Positions 9,691 to 18,939 of a stretch of DNA of 64,000 bases are shown in pieces. Within the stretch, counting starts at the first letter, position 1. The number at the start of each line of letters is the position of its first letter. The DNA is from an uncultured Staphylococcaceae bacterium. Lineage in GTDB: Bacteria; Bacillota_I; Bacilli_A; RFN20; CAG-826. The notes beneath the pieces were generated by a model, which was given only the letters and a program-made list of their open reading frames with translations, ran no database searches and was not told the origin of the DNA. The stretch covers positions 72,983-136,982 of the forward strand of contig CAZDEE010000001.1 of NCBI GenBank assembly GCA_964504595.1. Reading direction: 5' to 3'. A program made the translations under genes and the position numbers.

Positions 9691-9705
9691 AGAAAAGAGG
9701 ATTTT

Positions 9706-10587
9706 ATGAAAAAATTAATTCGATTCATTGCTTTATTAGGCTTTGTTTTTGCCGCAGCTTCTTGTGGAGGAGGAAATAATACTGACACAGGAAAAAAGAA
9801 ATTAGTTGTTGGTTTAGAGTGCAATTATGCGCCATTTAATTGGACAGAAAATATTAAAACCGAAACTAATTATCCAATATATAAAACAAATAAATATGCA
9901 GAAGGCTATGACATTCAAATAGCTAAGCAACTTGCTGATTACTTGGATATGGAGCTTGTTATTAAACAACTAGATTGGGATGCACTTATTCCTAATATTA
10001 AAAGTGATCTTATCGATTTAGTAATAGCTGGTATGTCTCCAACTGACTCAAGAAAAATAGATATTGATTTTTCAAATGCATATTATACTAGCGAACATGT
10101 TTTGTTAATTTCAAAAGATAGTAAATACGCTAATGCGACTAGTGTTAGTGAATTAGAAGGTGCTAAAATTGGTGGCCAAATTGGTACGATTTATGATGAT
10201 ATAGCTCATGGTATTCCTGGATATAAAAAGCCTGAATCGGGTAGTTATGATAAAAATACTGTTCCTGAATTAATTACGAGCATTAAAAGCGGCTTAATCG
10301 ATGGAACCGTTTTAGAGCTTCCTGTTGCTCAAGGGCAAGTTAATTTAAATAGCGAAACCTTAAAGATGATTCGTTTTGAAGAAGGTAAAGGATTTACTCA
10401 ATTACTAGATGATGAAACAAATACTTTACGTGACATAGTCGATACTGATAAAGATGTTTCAATAGGCATTAAAAAAGGAAATGAAGAACTATTACTTGGA
10501 GTTAATAGCTTTTTAAATACTCTTTCTAATGAGCAAAGAAATGAAATTATGATGAATGCGGTTGAAAGTTGCGCAAATATTGGGTAG
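9706..10587 (+). CDS. Amino-acid ABC transporter substrate-binding lipoprotein
   Basis: A signal peptide with lipobox AAASC precedes a polar amino-acid binding-protein fold. The RBS AAAGAGG is present. The ORF-track start at 9673 lies inside the terminator. Confidence 0.8.
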   Translation: MKKLIRFIALLGFVFAAASCGGGNNTDTGKKKLVVGLECNYAPFNWTENIKTETNYPIYKTNKYAEGYDIQIAKQLADYLDMELVIKQLDWDALIPNIKSDLIDLVIAGMSPTDSRKIDIDFSNAYYTSEHVLLISKDSKYANATSVSELEGAKIGGQIGTIYDDIAHGIPGYKKPESGSYDKNTVPELITSIKSGLIDGTVLELPVAQGQVNLNSETLKMIRFEEGKGFTQLLDDETNTLRDIVDTDKDVSIGIKKGNEELLLGVNSFLNTLSNEQRNEIMMNAVESCANIG

Positions 10588-10592
10588 ATAAT

Positions 10593-11855
10593 ATGTTAAG
10601 TTTTAAAAGATTAAAAAGTCATAATGCGTTTTTTAATGTTTTTTGCTTGTTAATTAATTTCTTTTTGTTAATAATTTTTGGAATAATCAATATGTTTATT
10701 GCGATGTTTAAATGGTTTATTAACATATTTGTTAAATCCTATAAGCATGAAAATATTTATATTTTTATAACTTCGGTTGCATCAATTGCATTTTCAATAG
10801 CTTCTTTATGTGGCTTTAAAAATGGAACAAATATAAGTTGGGTCGCTAACTGTGGATCAATTATTCATATTTTACTTTTATTATTTAGTACAGTAATTTT
10901 TGTATTTATAATTTTAGAAACTATTTTAGAAAAGAAAAAACTTAAAAGTATTATAAATGATCGCTTTTGGTTTAAAAGGACTCTTTCTTATATCATAAGT
11001 GCAATATTGCTAGCATATCTTGTTGATTTAACATTATTTGATTTTATAAATAGATGGAATTATGTAACTAAGCCAACGGATTCTACTTCGACTTTAGATA
11101 CAATGATTTATTTTATGAAGTATTTTCAAATTAATTTTAAGGATGGTATTAAAACCACTATAAGTTTGTCATTACTTGGAACTCTATTTGGCTTAATTAT
11201 CGCTTTTGGATTAGTTAGTTTAAGAATGTTAAAAGTCGGTCCTTATGATAATTATTTTTCTTCTTGTTTAAAAAGAATAGGCATTGGATTTTCGAAAATA
11301 TATGTCACTTTAATTCGTGGAACGCCCATGGTAGTTCAAGCTTTTATCTTTTATTATTTAGTCCTTTCAATTTTTCAAAACTCATTGTCGGCAGCGGATT
11401 ATCAATATTTTATTAGCGAGGTATGGACTCCATATCGAGCGGGTTTATTTACGGTTTCCGTTAATACTGCTGCCTATTTAACAGAAGTACTAAGAGGTGG
11501 AATTACCTCTGTTGATAAAGGACAAAAAGAAGCAGCAGAAGCACTTGGTTTAAATAAATTTCAAACGATGTTTAAGGTGGTATTTCCACAAGCAATAAAG
11601 AATAGTTTACCTTCAATTGGCAATGAGTTTATTGTAAATATTAAAGATACTTCCGTTTTAACTTTAATCGGTATTCTTGAACTTTTTTCGGTAGGCAAGA
11701 ATGATATTTTAGGTATCTATAGTGGAAAGTCCTTAGAAGCATATTTAATCGTTGCTATTTATTATCTTATTTTAACATTCTTAACATCAAAATTACTTCA
11801 ATATATAGAAAAGAAAATGGATGTTCCTGTAAAAGAAATAACGAGTTCAAATTAG
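10593..11855 (+). CDS. Polar amino-acid ABC permease carrying an extra ~200-aa N-terminal membrane domain
   Basis: The C-terminal half carries the His/Gln/Arg permease signature EAAEALGL..FQTMFKVVFPQA. The N-terminal half has 4-5 additional TM helices. The start codon is ambiguous (TTG 10569 or ATG 10593). Confidence 0.75.
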   Translation: MLSFKRLKSHNAFFNVFCLLINFFLLIIFGIINMFIAMFKWFINIFVKSYKHENIYIFITSVASIAFSIASLCGFKNGTNISWVANCGSIIHILLLLFSTVIFVFIILETILEKKKLKSIINDRFWFKRTLSYIISAILLAYLVDLTLFDFINRWNYVTKPTDSTSTLDTMIYFMKYFQINFKDGIKTTISLSLLGTLFGLIIAFGLVSLRMLKVGPYDNYFSSCLKRIGIGFSKIYVTLIRGTPMVVQAFIFYYLVLSIFQNSLSAADYQYFISEVWTPYRAGLFTVSVNTAAYLTEVLRGGITSVDKGQKEAAEALGLNKFQTMFKVVFPQAIKNSLPSIGNEFIVNIKDTSVLTLIGILELFSVGKNDILGIYSGKSLEAYLIVAIYYLILTFLTSKLLQYIEKKMDVPVKEITSSN

Positions 11856-11867
11856 GAGAAGATACAA

Positions 11868-12602
11868 ATGGAAAATATTATTGAAATCAAGAGCATAAAA
11901 AAATCATTTGATAAAGGAAACAGCGTTTTAAATGGTATAAATTTATCGATAAAAAAAGGTGAAGTAGTGTGTATTATAGGTCCTTCAGGAAGTGGTAAAT
12001 CAACTTTTATTCGTTGTATTAATCTTCTTGAATATCCTGATGAAGGAGATATTTTATTTAAATCGGAATCAATATTAAATCGGAAATTTAATTTAAATAA
12101 TTATCGAACTAAAGTCGGAATGGTATTTCAAAATTTTAATTTATTTAACAATATGAATGTACTAGATAATTGTATTTTAGCGCCAACAAAAGTTTTGAAA
12201 ATTGATCATAATAAAGCGGTTGAACGAGCTCTATATTATTTACAAATTGTCGGACTTAAGGATTTTGCTTATAAAAATGTTAATACTTTATCAGGTGGGC
12301 AAAAACAACGGGTTGCTATTGCAAGAGCTTTATGTATGAACCCAGAGGTTATCTTGTTTGATGAGCCAACGAGTGCATTAGATCCTGAAATGGTTAATGA
12401 AGTTTTGGATGTCATTAAAAAACTTGCTAACGAAGGTATGACAATGGTTATAGTTACTCACGAAATGAATTTTGCTCGTGATGTAGCAACAAGGGTGATT
12501 TTTATGGATTATGGTAAAATTTTAGAGGAAGGTACACCAAGTGAAATATTTTTTAATCCTAAAAATGACAGAACAAAAGATTTTTTAAAAAGAGTTTTAT
12601 AA
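11868..12602 (+). CDS. Amino-acid ABC transporter ATP-binding protein
   Basis: Walker [10 protein letters not shown], signature [15 protein letters not shown] and Walker [12 protein letters not shown] are all present. Confidence 0.9.
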   Translation: MENIIEIKSIKKSFDKGNSVLNGINLSIKKGEVVCIIGPSGSGKSTFIRCINLLEYPDEGDILFKSESILNRKFNLNNYRTKVGMVFQNFNLFNNMNVLDNCILAPTKVLKIDHNKAVERALYYLQIVGLKDFAYKNVNTLSGGQKQRVAIARALCMNPEVILFDEPTSALDPEMVNEVLDVIKKLANEGMTMVIVTHEMNFARDVATRVIFMDYGKILEEGTPSEIFFNPKNDRTKDFLKRVL

Positions 12603-12772
12603 TTGAAATTTTGTATTTTAAAGCACAGATTATATGAGAACAAATTATTTTAGCTGTTAAATCTAGTTGATTTCTAGTTTAATAGCTTTTTTTGATGAAA
12701 ATGATTGTAGATTTATTTATATTCCCTATTTTTTGCTAGAAGACCGCTATAGGAAATTAATTTTTTAAACTA

Positions 12773-12802
12773 TTGACATTAATAACATAATTATGCTATA
12801 TT
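12773..12802 (+). promoter_or_regulatory. SigA-type promoter of the rplU-prp-rpmA operon
   Basis: -35 TTGACA (12773-12778). An 18-nt spacer follows. Extended -10 TGcTATATT (12794-12802). Confidence 0.45.
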
Positions 12803-12911
12803 TCTTTTGTTGTCGCCTCACTAGCTACAACCGCTAAAAAAAGGTAACTAACAATCGCTATGATGGCCTTACTTGCGAGTCTAAGTGAAATTTAATTATA
12901 GGAGGTGCCTT

Positions 12912-13220
12912 ATGTACGCAATTATTGAAACTGGCGGAAAGCAAATTAGAGTTGAAGTTGGACAAAAAATTTACGTTGAAAAATTAGACGTTGAAGTTGG
13001 TTCAAACTACACATTCGATAAAGTTTTATTAATCGGAGATAAAAATGCTAAAGTTGGTGCACCATATGTTGAAGGTGCTACAGTGACCGCTAAAATCGAA
13101 AAGCATGGTCTCAGCCGTAAAATCCGTGTCTTCAAGTATAAGTCAAAACATAACGAAAGAAAGACAATCGGACATCGTCAACCATATACATGCTTAACTA
13201 TCGAAACAATTAATGGTTAA
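12912..13220 (+). CDS. rplU: 50S ribosomal protein L21
   Basis: The N-terminus [11 protein letters not shown] is characteristic. A GGAGGTG RBS is present. The ORF-track start at 12885 is rejected. Confidence 0.9.
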   Translation: MYAIIETGGKQIRVEVGQKIYVEKLDVEVGSNYTFDKVLLIGDKNAKVGAPYVEGATVTAKIEKHGLSRKIRVFKYKSKHNERKTIGHRQPYTCLTIETING

Positions 13221-13222
13221 TT

Positions 13223-13534
13223 ATGGTAAATGTAGATTACACTGTAAATAAAGATGGCTCATTTAAGGAAGTTGAAATTAAAGGACACGCTGATTCAAGT
13301 GAAATTGAAGGACATGATCTTGTCTGTGCAGCTGTAAGTTCAATTACTGTGGGCGCTTTAAATGCTTTAAATGAAATTGATAATTATGACATTAAAATTG
13401 AAAATGGTTATATTCGTTTAAAGTCAAGAAATAAAATTTCTCGTCATGATTCCGTGGTTATTGAAACAATGATGGTTCAATTAGCTACAATTGAAGATAG
13501 TTATGGGGATTTTATTAAAATTAAAAATCACTAA
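13223..13534 (+). CDS. prp: Ribosomal-processing cysteine protease Prp (YsxB)
   Basis: It lies between rplU and rpmA. Motifs GHA and DLVCAAVS (catalytic Cys) are present. Confidence 0.8.
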   Translation: MVNVDYTVNKDGSFKEVEIKGHADSSEIEGHDLVCAAVSSITVGALNALNEIDNYDIKIENGYIRLKSRNKISRHDSVVIETMMVQLATIEDSYGDFIKIKNH

Positions 13535-13554
13535 AGAAAGAGGGTGCATCTATT

Positions 13555-13842
13555 ATGATGTTTAAATTAGATCTTCAACTCTTCGCTTCTAAAAAGGGTG
13601 TTGGTTCTACAAAGAACGGCCGTGATTCCGAATCGAAGCGTTTAGGAGCCAAAAAAGGCGATGGTCAATATTGTACAGCTGGTTCAATTATTTATCGTCA
13701 ACGTGGTACTAAAATTTATCCTGGAACAAACACAATGCGTGGTGGCGATGATACAATTTTTGCTACTAAAGCAGGTATTGTTAAATATGAACGCTGGGGT
13801 AAAAATAGAACTCGCGTTTCTGTTTATGAAATTGCTGAATAA
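13555..13842 (+). CDS. rpmA: 50S ribosomal protein L27 (with the N-terminal propeptide cleaved by Prp)
   Basis: [25 protein letters not shown]..., the typical Firmicute L27 carrying its pro-sequence. Confidence 0.9.
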   Translation: MMFKLDLQLFASKKGVGSTKNGRDSESKRLGAKKGDGQYCTAGSIIYRQRGTKIYPGTNTMRGGDDTIFATKAGIVKYERWGKNRTRVSVYEIAE

Positions 13843-13856
13843 TTTATGCTAATTTA

Positions 13857-13890
13857 AGACCATTTAATATGGTCTTTTTTTATTTTTTAT
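13857..13890 (+). terminator. Rho-independent terminator after rpmA
   Basis: AGACCAtttaatATGGTCT followed by TTTTTTTATTTTTT. Confidence 0.5.
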
Positions 13891-13923
13891 TGTATATTAA
13901 TAACAGAAAAAGTAGGTGATATT

Positions 13924-14889
13924 ATGGCAAAACTAATTTCTATTATTGTTCCTATGTACAATGAACATGAAATGGTTGATATCTTTTTTTCTCGTATAAA
14001 AAAGGTTATTGAAGATAATTCTTCATATGAGTTTGAAGTTGTTGCGGTTAATGATGGAAGTAAAGACAACACTTTAGAATTATTAAAAGAATACAAAAAA
14101 AGTTGCTCATTTTTAAGCATCGTTTCTTTATCTAGAAACTTTGGTCATGAACCGGCTGTTGCTGCAGGACTTTCAAAAGCAAAAGGTGATGCAGTGATTG
14201 TTATGGATTGTGATATGCAAGATCCTCCAGAAGTTATTACAGAAATGCTTTTGAAATTTGAAGAAGGTTATGATGTTGTGAACGGGCGAAGAGCATCACG
14301 TAAAGAAGATACTTTTATGAAACGATTTACCGCTAAAAAGTTTTATAAAATATGTGATAATTTATCAGGAAAAATTAGAGTTCCACAAAATGTTGGTCAC
14401 TTTAGACTTATTTCACGTCGGGTTGTTGATGAAGTCAATCAACTAACAGAAAATAATCGTGTTTTTAGAATCCAAGTTCCTTTTGTTGGATATAAAACTA
14501 CCGAGGTTCCTTTTGTTAGAGGAAAAAGAGAAAAAGGTAAATCAAAATATAATTACAAATCAATGACCAACTTAGCCATCGATGCTTTCGCTTCAAGTAC
14601 GATTAAACCTTTAACTTGGCCTTTAATTTGGGGAGTTGGATTAGGAATTATAACATTCCTATCATTCTTAGTCCAATTAATTTTATTTATTTTATATAGT
14701 GCAGGTAGCTTTGATTTTATTTCTTCTAAAGGTTATACCATATGGTTATTAATAAATGTCATGTTCCTAGTAACATCAATTTTGTTAATTTCCTTAGGAA
14801 TAATTGGTATTTATATGTCAAGAATGTATTTAGATACACAAAATCGTCCATTCTTCATTATAGAAGACTATCTAGAAAGTGAGGAATAA
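13924..14889 (+). CDS. GT2 polyprenol-phosphate glycosyltransferase (GtrB/CsbB-like) with two C-terminal TM helices
   Basis: IVPMYNE...VVAVNDGSKDNT and DCDMQDP are the GT2 DXD region. The C-terminus has paired TM helices. The obg RBS lies within its 3' end. Confidence 0.75.
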   Translation: MAKLISIIVPMYNEHEMVDIFFSRIKKVIEDNSSYEFEVVAVNDGSKDNTLELLKEYKKSCSFLSIVSLSRNFGHEPAVAAGLSKAKGDAVIVMDCDMQDPPEVITEMLLKFEEGYDVVNGRRASRKEDTFMKRFTAKKFYKICDNLSGKIRVPQNVGHFRLISRRVVDEVNQLTENNRVFRIQVPFVGYKTTEVPFVRGKREKGKSKYNYKSMTNLAIDAFASSTIKPLTWPLIWGVGLGIITFLSFLVQLILFILYSAGSFDFISSKGYTIWLLINVMFLVTSILLISLGIIGIYMSRMYLDTQNRPFFIIEDYLESEE

Positions 14890-14891
14890 AC

Positions 14892-16175
14892 ATGTTTATT
14901 GATAAAGCGAAAGTTGAAGTAAGAGCCGGTAATGGCGGCAATGGAATGATTGCTTTTCATCGTGAAAAATATATTGCTCGTGGTGGCCCATCTGGTGGTA
15001 ACGGCGGAAGAGGCGGCTCGATTATATTTGTTGCTAAAAAAGGTGCTTCAACATTAATTAATTTCCGACATTCTCGTGTCATTATGGCCGAAGATGGTGG
15101 GAAAGGCATGGGTAAAAATTGCTATGGAAAAAACGCTAAAGATGTTGTTGTTGAGGTTCCTATTGGTACAGTCGTTTACATTGAACCTGAACATACGTTT
15201 TTATGTGATTTAAATGAAGATGGCAAAGAATTTGTCGTCGCAAAAGGTGGACGAGGCGGAAGAGGTAATGCCTGCTTTAAATCACCAACTAATAGAACTC
15301 CTCGAGTTGCTGAAAATGGACTTCCTGGAGAAAAAAGAATCCTTACTTTGGAGTTAAAGTTACTCGCTGATGTTGGATTTGTTGGTTTTCCAAGTGTTGG
15401 TAAATCAACTTTATTAAGTATCATAAGCAACGCAAATCCTGAGATTGCAGATTATCCATTTACAACTCTATCTCCTAATTTAGGCGTTGTTTCATTAAAA
15501 GATGACCGTAGTTTTATCGCTGCTGATCTTCCAGGGTTAATAGAAGGCGCCCATCAAGGAAAAGGATTAGGATTGACATTTTTAAGACATATTGAAAGAT
15601 GCCGAGTCTTATTACATATGATTTCAATGTCAGGAGAAAGAGATCCATATGATGATTATTTAAAGATTAATAAGGAACTTGAAGAATATGGATTTGGTTT
15701 AATTTCTCGTCCGATTATCATTGTCGCTACAAAAATGGATGAAGATGGAGCGGAAGAAAGACTACAAGAATTTAAAAAGAAAATTGATAAAAATATCGAA
15801 ATATATCCAATTTGTGCATTAACTCATGAAGGAATTAATGACTTATTAATAAAAGTTGCTAATATATTAGAAGTTACTCCTACATTCCCATTATATAGTG
15901 AAAATAATGAGGAAGAAGGATATCGTTTATATGTCGCTAAAGATGATGATGCAGAAGATTACGTCATCGTTAAAAAAGATGCACATACCTATATTATTAA
16001 AGGTGAAAGAGTTGAAAGAACTTATAATTTAATTAACTTATCTACTGATGAGGGATTATTAAAGTTACTTGCATATTTAAGACGTTTGGGCGTTGATGAT
16101 CGTTTACGCGAAATGGGCGCTCAAGATGGCGATACAGTTCTTTTGTGCGATTTTGAATTTGAATACATTAATTAG
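14892..16175 (+). CDS. obg: GTPase Obg/CgtA
   Basis: The N-terminal Gly-rich Obg fold is MFIDKAKVEVRAGNGGNGMIAFHREKY. The G domain motifs GFPSVGKST and DLPGLIEGA are present. Confidence 0.9.
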   Translation: MFIDKAKVEVRAGNGGNGMIAFHREKYIARGGPSGGNGGRGGSIIFVAKKGASTLINFRHSRVIMAEDGGKGMGKNCYGKNAKDVVVEVPIGTVVYIEPEHTFLCDLNEDGKEFVVAKGGRGGRGNACFKSPTNRTPRVAENGLPGEKRILTLELKLLADVGFVGFPSVGKSTLLSIISNANPEIADYPFTTLSPNLGVVSLKDDRSFIAADLPGLIEGAHQGKGLGLTFLRHIERCRVLLHMISMSGERDPYDDYLKINKELEEYGFGLISRPIIIVATKMDEDGAEERLQEFKKKIDKNIEIYPICALTHEGINDLLIKVANILEVTPTFPLYSENNEEEGYRLYVAKDDDAEDYVIVKKDAHTYIIKGERVERTYNLINLSTDEGLLKLLAYLRRLGVDDRLREMGAQDGDTVLLCDFEFEYIN

Positions 16176-16285
16176 ACATTTTTGAGATTTAAAAGATAAA
16201 GTACATAATTTTTTGATTTTTATGGCTTTATCTTTTATTATTCACTAAATTAATGTAAAATAAACATATTAGGCGGTGATTTTTT

Positions 16286-16858
16286 ATGTATTATTCAATG
16301 CATGGTGAAGTAACATATATCAATCAAAATAGTATTGTGATAGAAATAAATAATATCGGATATGAGGTGTTTGTTTCCCAAATTAATAATATTTCTCTTC
16401 ATCAAGATCTTTTTGTATATCTTTATGAAGTAATAAGGGAAGATGAGCATTATTTAATTGGCTTTTTAACACTTGAGGAAAAAGAAGTTTTTATGTCCTT
16501 GATTTCAGTGAAAGGAATAGGACCAAAAACTGCCTTAGGTGCATTAAGTGCTACAACACCATCTATTTTTATTAATGCGATTGAAAATAATGATGTTAAA
16601 TATTTAAAGAAATTACCAGGAATTGGCCAAAAAGCGGCTTCTCAAATTGTTTTGGATTTAAAAGGACATTTAGTTCAAACTGATGTTAAAACAACTAAAA
16701 AAACCGTTGATGGTCCACTTTTAGAAGTTCATGATGCTCTAAAAACTCTAGGATTTAAAGCATCTGATATCGATAAAGTAATTAATCTATTAAAAGATTA
16801 TCAAAATAAAGATACTGAATATTTATTAAAAGAAGCTTTACGTATGTTAAGGAAGTGA
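16286..16858 (+). CDS. ruvA: Holliday junction DNA helicase RuvA
   Basis: HhH motifs [12 protein letters not shown] and [12 protein letters not shown] are present. It lies upstream of ruvB. Confidence 0.85.
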   Translation: MYYSMHGEVTYINQNSIVIEINNIGYEVFVSQINNISLHQDLFVYLYEVIREDEHYLIGFLTLEEKEVFMSLISVKGIGPKTALGALSATTPSIFINAIENNDVKYLKKLPGIGQKAASQIVLDLKGHLVQTDVKTTKKTVDGPLLEVHDALKTLGFKASDIDKVINLLKDYQNKDTEYLLKEALRMLRK

Positions 16859-16865
16859 TAGTTTT

Positions 16866-17867
16866 ATGGAACGAATAATGGATGCCTCATTGCACAATGA
16901 AGATGAACAAGAATTGTCGCTTCGTCCTTTAACTTTGGATGATTATGTTGGCCAAGAAGATATGAAAAAGAATTTGCGTATTTGGCTAGGTGCTGCGCGT
17001 AATAGAGAAGAAGTTTTGGATCATGTTCTTTTATATGGTCCTCCTGGATTAGGTAAAACAACTTTAGCACATATTATTGCTAACGAAATGCATGGTGGAA
17101 TCAAAGTCGTAAATGGACCAAGTGTTGAAAAAACTGGCGATTTAGCTAGTATTTTATCTTCTTTAGAAGCTGGCGATATCTTATTTATTGATGAAATACA
17201 TCGTTTGCCAAGAGTGGTTGAAGAAGTTCTTTATAGCGCGATGGAAGATTTTATGCTTTCGATAGTTGTATCTAGAGATCAAGGATCAAAAACTTTAAAT
17301 ATTCCACTTCAACCTTTTACCCTTGTCGGCGCAACAACAAGAGGGGGAGATTTAAGTTCTCCTTTAAGAGCGAGATTTGGAATAACAGAAAAACTAAATT
17401 TTTATATGGATAGTGAATTACAAAAAATTGTGATTAGGACTTCAAAAGTTTATGGAACCACAATTGATGAAGACGCAGCATTAGAAATTGCTAAAAGAAG
17501 TCGGGGCACACCAAGAATTGCTAATAGATTATATCGACGTGTCCGTGACTTTGCTAATTTCAGCGGAGCAAATCATGTTACCTATAACGATGCATTAAAT
17601 GCATTACAAGCATTAAAAGTTGATAGTTTAGGACTTGACGATGTTGATATAAGGTACCTAGAGGGTATCATCGATCGTTTTCATGGAGGTCCTGTTGGCT
17701 TAGAGGCACTTGCAAGTGCGATTGGAGAAGAAGTTGTAACATTAGAAGATGTTTATGAACCATATCTTTTACAAATCGGAATGATTAATCGCACACCTCG
17801 AGGAAGAGTGGTTACTGAAAAGGCATATGAACATTTAAAAAAGAAGCATCAAACTACTTTGTTTTAA
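16866..17867 (+). CDS. ruvB: Holliday junction DNA helicase RuvB
   Basis: Walker A is GPPGLGKTT. The sequence [13 protein letters not shown] and the RuvB C-terminal winged helix are present. Confidence 0.9.
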   Translation: MERIMDASLHNEDEQELSLRPLTLDDYVGQEDMKKNLRIWLGAARNREEVLDHVLLYGPPGLGKTTLAHIIANEMHGGIKVVNGPSVEKTGDLASILSSLEAGDILFIDEIHRLPRVVEEVLYSAMEDFMLSIVVSRDQGSKTLNIPLQPFTLVGATTRGGDLSSPLRARFGITEKLNFYMDSELQKIVIRTSKVYGTTIDEDAALEIAKRSRGTPRIANRLYRRVRDFANFSGANHVTYNDALNALQALKVDSLGLDDVDIRYLEGIIDRFHGGPVGLEALASAIGEEVVTLEDVYEPYLLQIGMINRTPRGRVVTEKAYEHLKKKHQTTLF

Positions 17868-18229
17868 CGTTTATTTGCAATATTAACTCCGATAACTGAT
17901 CCGCTTATTAAAAGTAGTGAACGAATTATAAAGTTCATTAAATTTGATAATGCGGTAAACGTTGATAAGCCTTTGATGATAAAGCTAATAAAAAAATATG
18001 TAAGAAAGAGGGCAATTCCAATTAAAAGTCCTCTTTTTTTGCTCTTAAATCCCGTGTAAAGAGCAAAGATAAAATATAATAAAGATGAAATAGCACCAAT
18101 AATTATGTTACTAGTTAATGGATTGATGATGTCTTTATAATCTAAAAATGAAAAAATTAATGTTATTATGATTCCGATAAATAAAAACACAAAAATGGAC
18201 ATACTAAATGTAAGAAGTTTCTTTTTCAT
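17864..18229 (-). CDS. Small 4-TM membrane protein (YrzE-like by position)
   Basis: Four hydrophobic helices. It is adjacent to a DUF421 gene, as in B. subtilis yrbG-yrzE. Confidence 0.35.
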   Translation of the reverse strand: MKKKLLTFSMSIFVFLFIGIIITLIFSFLDYKDIINPLTSNIIIGAISSLLYFIFALYTGFKSKKRGLLIGIALFLTYFFISFIIKGLSTFTALSNLMNFIIRSLLLISGSVIGVNIANKR

Positions 18230-18285
18230 ATAGTTTCCTCCTATTTAATGATATGAAATTGAAATGATTTTAGAAGGAGAAAAGT

Positions 18286-18939
18286 ATGACTTTTGAAGAA
18301 ATTTTAAATATATCTGTAAAAACATTAATTTTTTATTTTTTTCTTCTTTTTATTTTAAAAATAATGGGAAAAAGAGAAATTGGAAAAGTGTCAACTTTTG
18401 ATATTGTTGTTTTCTTTGTAATATCAGAGTTATTTTCTTTATCATTAAATGATCCAAATGGTAGCATTTTACATTCAATTGTTCCTATTACTATTATTGT
18501 CATACTCCAATTATTAACCGCGTTTTTATCTTTAAAAATACCAGCGATTCGGAATGTGATGGAAGGTGAACTTACTTTCATTATCTACAAGGGCAAAATC
18601 AATATTAAAGAAATGAAAAAACAAAGATATAATATCGATGATTTAATGTCTCAACTTAGATTAAAAGACATTCAATATCCAAGCGAAGTCGAATTCGCAA
18701 TTTTAGAAGATAATGGAGTTTTAAACGTCATTAAAAAGAGTGATTGTACTTTAAAAGATCCTTCACCATTAATAAGTGATGGAGTAGTTAACAAATCGGT
18801 TTTAAAAAGATTAAAAATGTCTAAAAGTCTATTGATAGATTTGTTAAATAAAGAGGGTTACTATAATATTAGTGACATCTTTTTGTGCTTAATGCGAGAT
18901 GATAATAGCCTTTACATCATTCTTAATGAACATCTTTAA
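18286..18939 (+). CDS. DUF421 (YetF/YrbG family) membrane protein
   Basis: GKREIGKVSTFDIVVFFVISE matches the DUF421 N-terminal signature. Confidence 0.6.
   Translation: MTFEEILNISVKTLIFYFFLLFILKIMGKREIGKVSTFDIVVFFVISELFSLSLNDPNGSILHSIVPITIIVILQLLTAFLSLKIPAIRNVMEGELTFIIYKGKINIKEMKKQRYNIDDLMSQLRLKDIQYPSEVEFAILEDNGVLNVIKKSDCTLKDPSPLISDGVVNKSVLKRLKMSKSLLIDLLNKEGYYNISDIFLCLMRDDNSLYIILNEHL

Noticed and set aside
9673-9705. ORF-track 5' extension of the ABC binding protein (MWRFFIRKEDF)
   Set aside because: It lies within the riboswitch terminator. The signal peptide begins at MKKLIRF (9706), which has an RBS.
12603-12772. Possible tRNA or small RNA in the 280-nt gap before rplU
   Set aside because: No tRNA-like T-arm (GGTTCGAxTCC) or cloverleaf is apparent. 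The region is better explained as promoter plus the structured L21-operon leader. I could not verify the Rfam L21_leader by eye.
13661-13852. 63-aa plus-strand ORF overlapping rpmA
   Set aside because: It is an alternative frame within the L27 gene. The L27 frame is unambiguous.
15176-15430. 84-aa minus-strand ORF inside obg
   Set aside because: It is antisense to the well-conserved Obg G-domain coding region and has no RBS. The translation is Pro/Ser-rich and a GC-skew artefact.
16176-16285. Looked for a LexA/DinR box (GAAC-N4-GTTC) upstream of ruvA and dinB
   Set aside because: No match was seen in either upstream region, so no SOS-box is reported.
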